Shown: positions 57,990 to 64,000 of the stretch, piece after piece
Layout of the letters: every line of letters starts with the position of its first letter
Position numbering within the stretch: position 1 is the first letter of the stretch
NCBI RefSeq assembly: GCF_963921235.1
Contig: NC_086109.1
Coordinates: forward strand, 1,054,001-1,118,000
DNA: 64,000 nt
Origin: Mobula hypostoma
Taxonomy: Eukaryota
Reading direction: 5' to 3'
The notes under the pieces: model-generated
The model's database searches: none
What the model saw: the letters and a program-made list of their open reading frames with translations, nothing else
What the model was told of the DNA's origin: nothing
Translations under genes and position numbers: made by a program

Positions 57990-59790
57990 TATAGTAAACC
58001 TGTCGATCTGGTTCGCTGCATCCGGTCCAAAACTTCTGCCATCTCCATTGGGATCCTACCACCAAGCACATCTTCTCCTCCTCCTCCCCTCATCGCCCAC
58101 TTTCTGCTTTCCGCTGGGATCGCTCCCTATGCGACTCTCTTGTCCATTCGTCCCTCCCCACTGATCTCCCTGCTGGCACTTATCCTCGCAGGCAGAGCAA
58201 GTGCTACACCTGTCCCTACACCTCCTCCCTCACTACCATTCAGAGCCCCAAACTGTCCTTCCAGGTGAGGTGGCACTTCACTTGTAAGTCTGTTGGGGTC
58301 ATATCCTGTGTCCGGTGCTCCCGATGTGGCCTTCTGTATATCAATGTGACTGGATGTAGATTGGGAGACCACTTCACCAAGCACCTATGCTCCATCCGCT
58401 AAAAAAAGTGGGATTTCCCAGTAGCCATCCATTTTAATTCCACTTCCCATTCCCATTCCGACAAGTTAATCCATGGCCTCCTCTACTGTTGCAATGAGGC
58501 CACATTCAGGTTGGAGGAACAACACTTTATATTCCGTCTGGGTAGGCTCCAACCTGATGGCGTGAGCATCAATTTCTTGAACTACTGGTAATTCCCCCCC
58601 CCCCCCGACCATTCTCTATCCCCTTTTTCCTCTCTCACCTTACCTCCTTGCCTCCCTCTGGTGCTCCTCTCCCTTTCATGGCCTTCTGTCCTCCCTATTA
58701 GATTCTCCCTTCTTCAACCCTGTATCAACCATGACATGGTCACATGGTGTGAGCAGAATTATCTGCAGCTTAATGTGAAAAAGACTAAGGAGCTGGTGGT
58801 AGACCTGAGGAGAGCTAAGGTACCAGTGACCCCTGTTTCCATCCAGGGGGTCAGTGTGGACATGGTGGAGGATTACAAATACCTGGGGTAGGAATTGACA
58901 ATAAACTGGACTGGTCAAAGAACACTGAGGCTGTCTACAAGAAGGGTCAGAGCCATCTCTATTTCCTGAGGAGACTGAGATCCTTTAACATCTGCCGGAC
59001 GATGCTGAGGATGTTCTACGAGTCTGTGGTGGCCAGTGCTATCATGTTTGCTGTTGTGTGCTGGGGCAGCAGGCTGAGGGTAGCAGACACCAACAGAATC
59101 AACAAACTCATTCGTAAGGCCAGTGATGTTGTGGGGATGGAACTGGACTCTCTGACGGTGGTGTCTGAAAAGAGGGTGGTGTCTAAGTTGCATGCCATCT
59201 TGGACAATGTCTCCCATCCACTACATAATGTACTGGGTGGGCACAGGAGTACATTCAGCCAGAGACTCATTCCACCAAGATGCAGCACAGAGCATCATAG
59301 GAAGTCATTCCTGCCTGTGGCCATCAAACTTTACAACTCCTCCCTTGGAGGGTCAGACACTCTGAGCCAATAGGCTGGGCCTGGACTTATTTCATAATTT
59401 ACTGGCATAACTTACATATTACTATTTAACTATTTATGGTTCTATTACTATTTATTATTTATGGTGCAACTGTAGCGAAAACCAATTTCCCCCAGGATCA
59501 ATAAAGTATGACTATGACTATGACTACTATCTCTTTCACCAGTCAGCTTCCCAGCTCTTTACTTCCCCCTTCCCCTCCAGGTTTCATCTGTCACCTTGTG
59601 TTTCTCCCTCCCCCTCCTCCTACCTTTTAACTCTGATTCCTCATCTACTTTTCTCCAGTCCTGCTGAAGGGTCTCGGCCTGAAACATTGACTGTTCTCTT
59701 TTCCATAGATGCTGCCTGGCCTGCTGAGTACCTCCAGCATTTGGTGTGTGTTACTTGGATTTCCAGCATCTGCAGATTTTCTCTTGTTTG
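57990..59790 (+). mobile_element. Penelope 3' half (GIY-YIG + pLTR, variant hammerhead 59656-59693), split by a Rex1 insert
   Basis: Homology to 802-1827; cagtcctgctgaagggtctcggcctgaaacattgactg. Confidence 0.88.
58728..59527 (+). mobile_element. Rex1/Babar 3' fragment
   Basis: WCEQNYLQLNVKKTKELVVD; LRMFYESVVASAIMFAVVCWG; ggatcaataaagtatgactatgactatgac tail. Confidence 0.92.
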
Positions 59791-60189
59791 TCATTAGGGA
59801 TCTTGCTAATCACCTGCAGTTCCTCACAATGATGTTCACTTTGGTCTTTGAGAGGCCCTGTTGTCTTCCTAGTTTACCTTTTACTTTGTCTTAATATACT
59901 TAACAAATGTTTTTCAGTTCTCCTTAATTTTATCTGCTGAATCTGTCTCCTGCCCCCTTTTTGTTGCCTTCCTGATTTCTTTCTTGACTTATTTCCCACT
60001 CGCGTTCCCAGTAACTCCAGGGATTTACGTGATCCCAACTATCTGTACCTAACCCATGCCTCCTTTTTCCTGGCCACAGCCTCAATATCCTTTGCCATGC
60101 TAGATAACCGCTCATAGCAGTCTTTCCCGTCACTCCAACAGAAAACTTGAGATCATACTCACTCTCTCACCTTTAAGAGCCTCCCATTT

Positions 60190-60822
60190 GGTGGGAGGAG
60201 AGAGAGCAGCGCACCTGCGCATGCGCAGCCCTCCGGTGAAAAATGATATCGTATCTGTTAAATAGGGGCCGTGGACAATTCTGATTTGATGGAGAGGGGC
60301 GTCAAAGCACAGAGGAACATCTAGAGAATTTTCTGAAATGCTCGTTTGCTGCTGTCGTTACTGCGTGGTCAGGAATCTTTTGGAGGGTAGGCCTCAAAAT
60401 CCCCAGCTTTGCCTGCTGTTGGTGACGGAGGTTGAGGTCGAATCGTTCAGATAGAGATGGCGCTCAGTACTCGGTGTCGGAGAGCTGATCAGAGCTCGAA
60501 GTTTTCGGATGACTCAGAGTTGGACTGTGGTCGGCATGGCAGGGAAAGTTCTTCCTTCTCCCATCTGCGTGAGATGTGGGACTTATGAGAGACTTTGAAC
60601 TTTTACTGTGCTCATGGACTTCTTCATCAAGTTATGGTATTGTTGCACTGTTGTAACTATATGTTATAATTATGTGGTTTTTGTCAGCTTTTCAGTCTTG
60701 GTGTGTCCTGTGTTTTGTGATATCACACCAGAGGAATATTGTATCATTTCTTAACGCATGCATTACTAAATGACAATAAAAGAGGACTACGTGTCTTCAT
60801 AATCTAATCTAATCTAATCTAA
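60190..60822 (+). mobile_element. Second copy of the ~620-bp (TAATC)n-tailed element
   Basis: Colinear with the reverse complement of 56422-57045. Confidence 0.8.
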
Positions 60823-61394
60823 ATGGCCTGGAAGCAATTTACTCCAGTCAACCTTTCTCATATTATCGAAATTTGCCATTGCCCCAGTTTAGAACTTGAG
60901 CCTGTCAACTGGTTCTGTGCCTTTCTTAACAAGTTAAAAAATAATGGAACTATGGTCACTGGCCAAAAAGTGCTCCCATATTGGTTGCTCAGTCACTTGC
61001 CCCATCCTATTACCCAAGAGTACATCGTGATTATCAAAATCGAAGGGGAACCTTTTAGAATGAAGGTAAGGAGGAATTGTGATTATCTTCTATTTGTTTC
61101 TCACTCCCTCTTTTCTGTATCTGCATCTCACTTAAAACTCTGATTATCTCCTTATTTCTCAGCAACACCCATAAACTGGATGATCTTTCAGTAATTTAAT
61201 CTCAGACTACTACTGTGATGTTCACCTTATCAGAAATTAAACTTCCCTGTCCTCTTTCCTCTAGCTCAATCTCACCTAAAGTCCCTGTACAGTAGAACGT
61301 TTACCTACTAGTGCTGATTCACCGTTCACTACATTTCTGTAATAGCAATAGTATCCCAGTGCCATGTACCTATTCATTTACCTGACAGGCCTCT

Positions 61395-61681
61395 TATTTA
61401 TTTATTTATTGTGGTACAGCGTGAAATAGGCCATTGAGCCCCTTCAAGCGTGCCAGCCTGCATCCCCCAATTTAACTCAAGCCAAATCACCTGACAATTT
61501 ACAATGATGAATTAACATATTAGACGGTACGTCTTTGGACTGTAGGAGGAAACAAGAGCATCTGGAGGAAACCCACACGGTCACGGAGAGAACACACAAA
61601 CTCCTTATGGGCAGTGGTGGGAATTGAACCCAGGTCACTGGTATTATAAAGCAGTGTGCTAGCTACTACGCTGTTGTGCCG
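61395..61681 (-). mobile_element. tRNA-derived V-SINE (HE1-like)
   Basis: Minus strand: A-box-like gcgtagtagct, B box ggttcaattcc (61630-61620), V-domain gtgtgggtttcctcc...tttcctcctacagtccaaagac, CR1-like 3' end, (aaat)n tail. Confidence 0.85.
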
Positions 61682-61989
61682 ACCCTGCATTGCAATGAAT
61701 GAAATTTAATGTGGTAGACTTCCCTTATTCCTGGCCGTTTTCCTTCTTATTATTTCTATTCAGCTTATGGTCGCTGCTGTCCGATTCATTTTCCACCTTC
61801 TTATTTGCCTGCTTGCTGCTTTGAATCCTTGTTCCTGCCAACCCACCTGAGTAGCACTGGCAAAGCTGCATGCTAGAATATTGTTTGGCTATCCCTCTTA
61901 TACAGGTCACTTCAACTTCAGAAGGGATCCCAGTCCACAAGTCTGAACTCCTACTCGCTGCAACAGTTTTTCAGTCACACAGTCATTTA

Positions 61990-63740
61990 GACCATAAGAC
62001 ATAGGAGCAGAATTAGGCCACTTGGCCCATCGAATCTGCTCCGCCGTTCAATCATGGCTGATCTTTTTTTTCTCCTTCTCAACCCCATTCCCCGGTCTTC
62101 TCCCCATGACCTTTGATGCCATGTCCGATCAAGGATCTACCAATCTCTGCCTTAAATACACCCAACAACCTGGCCTCCACAACAGCATGTGGCAACAAAT
62201 TCCACATATTTACCACCCTCTGGTTACTGAGATTTCTCCGTATCTCTGTTTTGAATTGAAGCCCCTCTATCCTGAGGCTGTACTCTCTTGTCCTAGACTC
62301 TCCCACCATGGAAAACATCCTTTCCACATTTACTCTGTCTAGGCCTTTCAACATTCAGAAGGTTTCAGTGAGATCCCCCCCTAATGTTTCTGTATTCCGG
62401 CGAATACAGACCCAGAGCCATCAAGCATTCCTCGTATGATAACCCTTTCATTCCTGGAATCATCCTAGTGAAGCTCCTCTGGACCCTCTCCAATGTCAGC
62501 ACATCTCTTCTGAGATGAGGATCCCAAAATTGTTCACAATACTCAATATAATACCTCACCAATACCTTATAAAGCCTCAGTATCACATCCCTGCTCTTAT
62601 ATTCTAGACCTTGAAATGAATGCTAACATTTCATTTGCCTTCCTCACCACCAACTCAGCCTGCACGTTAACCTTCAGGGTGTTCTGCACAAGAATTCCCA
62701 AGTCCCTTTGCATCTCAGATTTTTGGATTTTATCCCTGTTTAGAAAATAGTTTGCACATTTATTTCTACTCCCAAAGTGTATGACCATGTATTTTCCAAC
62801 ATTATATTTCATTTGCCACTTTCCTGCCCATTCTCCTAATTTGTCCAAGCCCTTCTGCATCCTACTTGTTTCCTCAACACTACCTGCCTCTCCACCAGTC
62901 TTGGTATCATCTGCAAACTTGGCAACAAAGCTATCTATTTCATCATCTAAATCATTTATATACAGCATAAAAAGAAGTGGTCCCAACACTAACCCCTGCA
63001 GAACACCATAGACACTGGCAGCCAACCAGACAAGGATCCTTTTATTCCCACTCACTGCCTCCTACCAATCAGCCAATGCTCTAACCATGTTAGTAACTTT
63101 CCTGTAATACCACGAGCTCTTAACTTGGTAAGCAGCCTCATATGTGGCACCTTCTGAAAGTCCAAATATACAACATCCACTGCATCCCCTTTATCTATCC
63201 TACTTGTAATCCCCTCAAAGAATTCCAGCAGGTTCATCAGGCAGGATTTTCCCTGAAGGAAACCATGCTGACTTTGTCCTATCTTGTCCTGTGTCACCAA
63301 GTACTCCATCACCTAGTCCTTAACAATTGACTGTAACATCTTCCCAACCACTGAAGTCAGGCTAACTGGTCTATAATTTCCTTCCTTTCTAAAGAGTGGA
63401 GCAACATTTGCAATTTTCCAGTCCTCTGGTACCATGTCAGAGACCAATGATTTTTGAAAGATCATTTCTAATGCCACCACAATCTCTAACACTACCTCTT
63501 TCAAAACCCTAGGGTGCAGTTCATCTGGTCCGGGTGACTTATGTACTTTTAGGTCTTTCAGCTTTTTGAGCACATTCTCCCTTGTAATAGTAACTGCACC
63601 CGCTTCTCTTCCTTCACACACTACAACATCTGGCACGCTGATAGTGTCTTCCACAGTGAAGCCTGATGCAAAATACTCATTTAGTTCATCAGCCATCTCC
63701 TTCTCCTGCCTCATTTTCTAGATGGCCGATATCCACTATA
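61990..63740 (-). mobile_element. CR1 RT to 3' end; an ORF1 remnant follows to 64000
   Basis: KSPGPDELHPRVLKE, QHGFLQGKSCL, KFADDTKTGG; accataagacatagg tail. Confidence 0.92.
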
Positions 63741-64000
63741 TCCATTTGCTTTGTCCTCACCAGCACTTGGCATCCAGAGATTACTACCCTTGGGGTTGTG
63801 CTTTTTAATTTCTTTCCAACTCCCTAATTGTGTGCAGGACCTCGTCCTTCTGTTTGGGAGTGAGATATCCCACAGTAGCATCTACTGAGTGCAGCTGGTT
63901 GTTAAACTAGTCAGTGAGGGAAACAGGTGGAACGACACATCACAAAGATCATAACCAATGTCCCTGACACCCACAGACCTTTACACTCTGGTAGTGTCTT

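Noticed and set aside
60799..60822. Telomere-like repeat
   Set aside because: (TAATC)n is the retroelement tail, not TTAGGG
61600..61681. tRNA gene
   Set aside because: A/B boxes are degenerate and continue into a V-domain and LINE-like tail, so this is a SINE head
53440..64000. SDHC exon 2 candidates after polypyrimidine-AG sites (for example near 61160)
   Set aside because: None gave a transit-peptide-like frame with a proper donor

Overview
Eukaryotic, vertebrate-type DNA, almost entirely decayed and nested retroelements. A cartilaginous fish (shark/ray) is inferred from an HE1-like V-SINE plus the CR1/Penelope/Rex1 landscape. Elements present: many CR1 LINE fragments, Penelope-like elements (GIY-YIG endonuclease, RT, short pLTR inserts), Rex1/Babar, Nimb/I and Tx1 fragments, a bipartite RTE-derived element, two nested hAT-type DNA transposons, a V-SINE and several minisatellites. 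No intact transposon ORF or complete host gene is visible. Host-gene signals: a CpG/CRE/YY1 promoter with a 17-nt first coding exon (MALLWR, SDHC-like) at about 44.7 kb (+), and a 54-nt candidate exon at 8.35-8.40 kb (-) near SOX-type motifs (possibly MPZ, the mammalian neighbour of SDHC). The most notable content is two classes of self-cleaving ribozyme motifs. First, a fully foldable HDV-like ribozyme with an extra L3 hairpin, whose predicted cleavage site coincides with the 5' end of the RTE element (27279). Second, about a dozen intact or degenerate minimal type-I hammerheads in short, TSD-flanked, often fold-back Penelope inserts, four of which sit in the same ~70-bp stretch of CR1 ORF2. 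Family names come from motif recognition by eye, not database searches; boundaries of degraded fragments are approximate.
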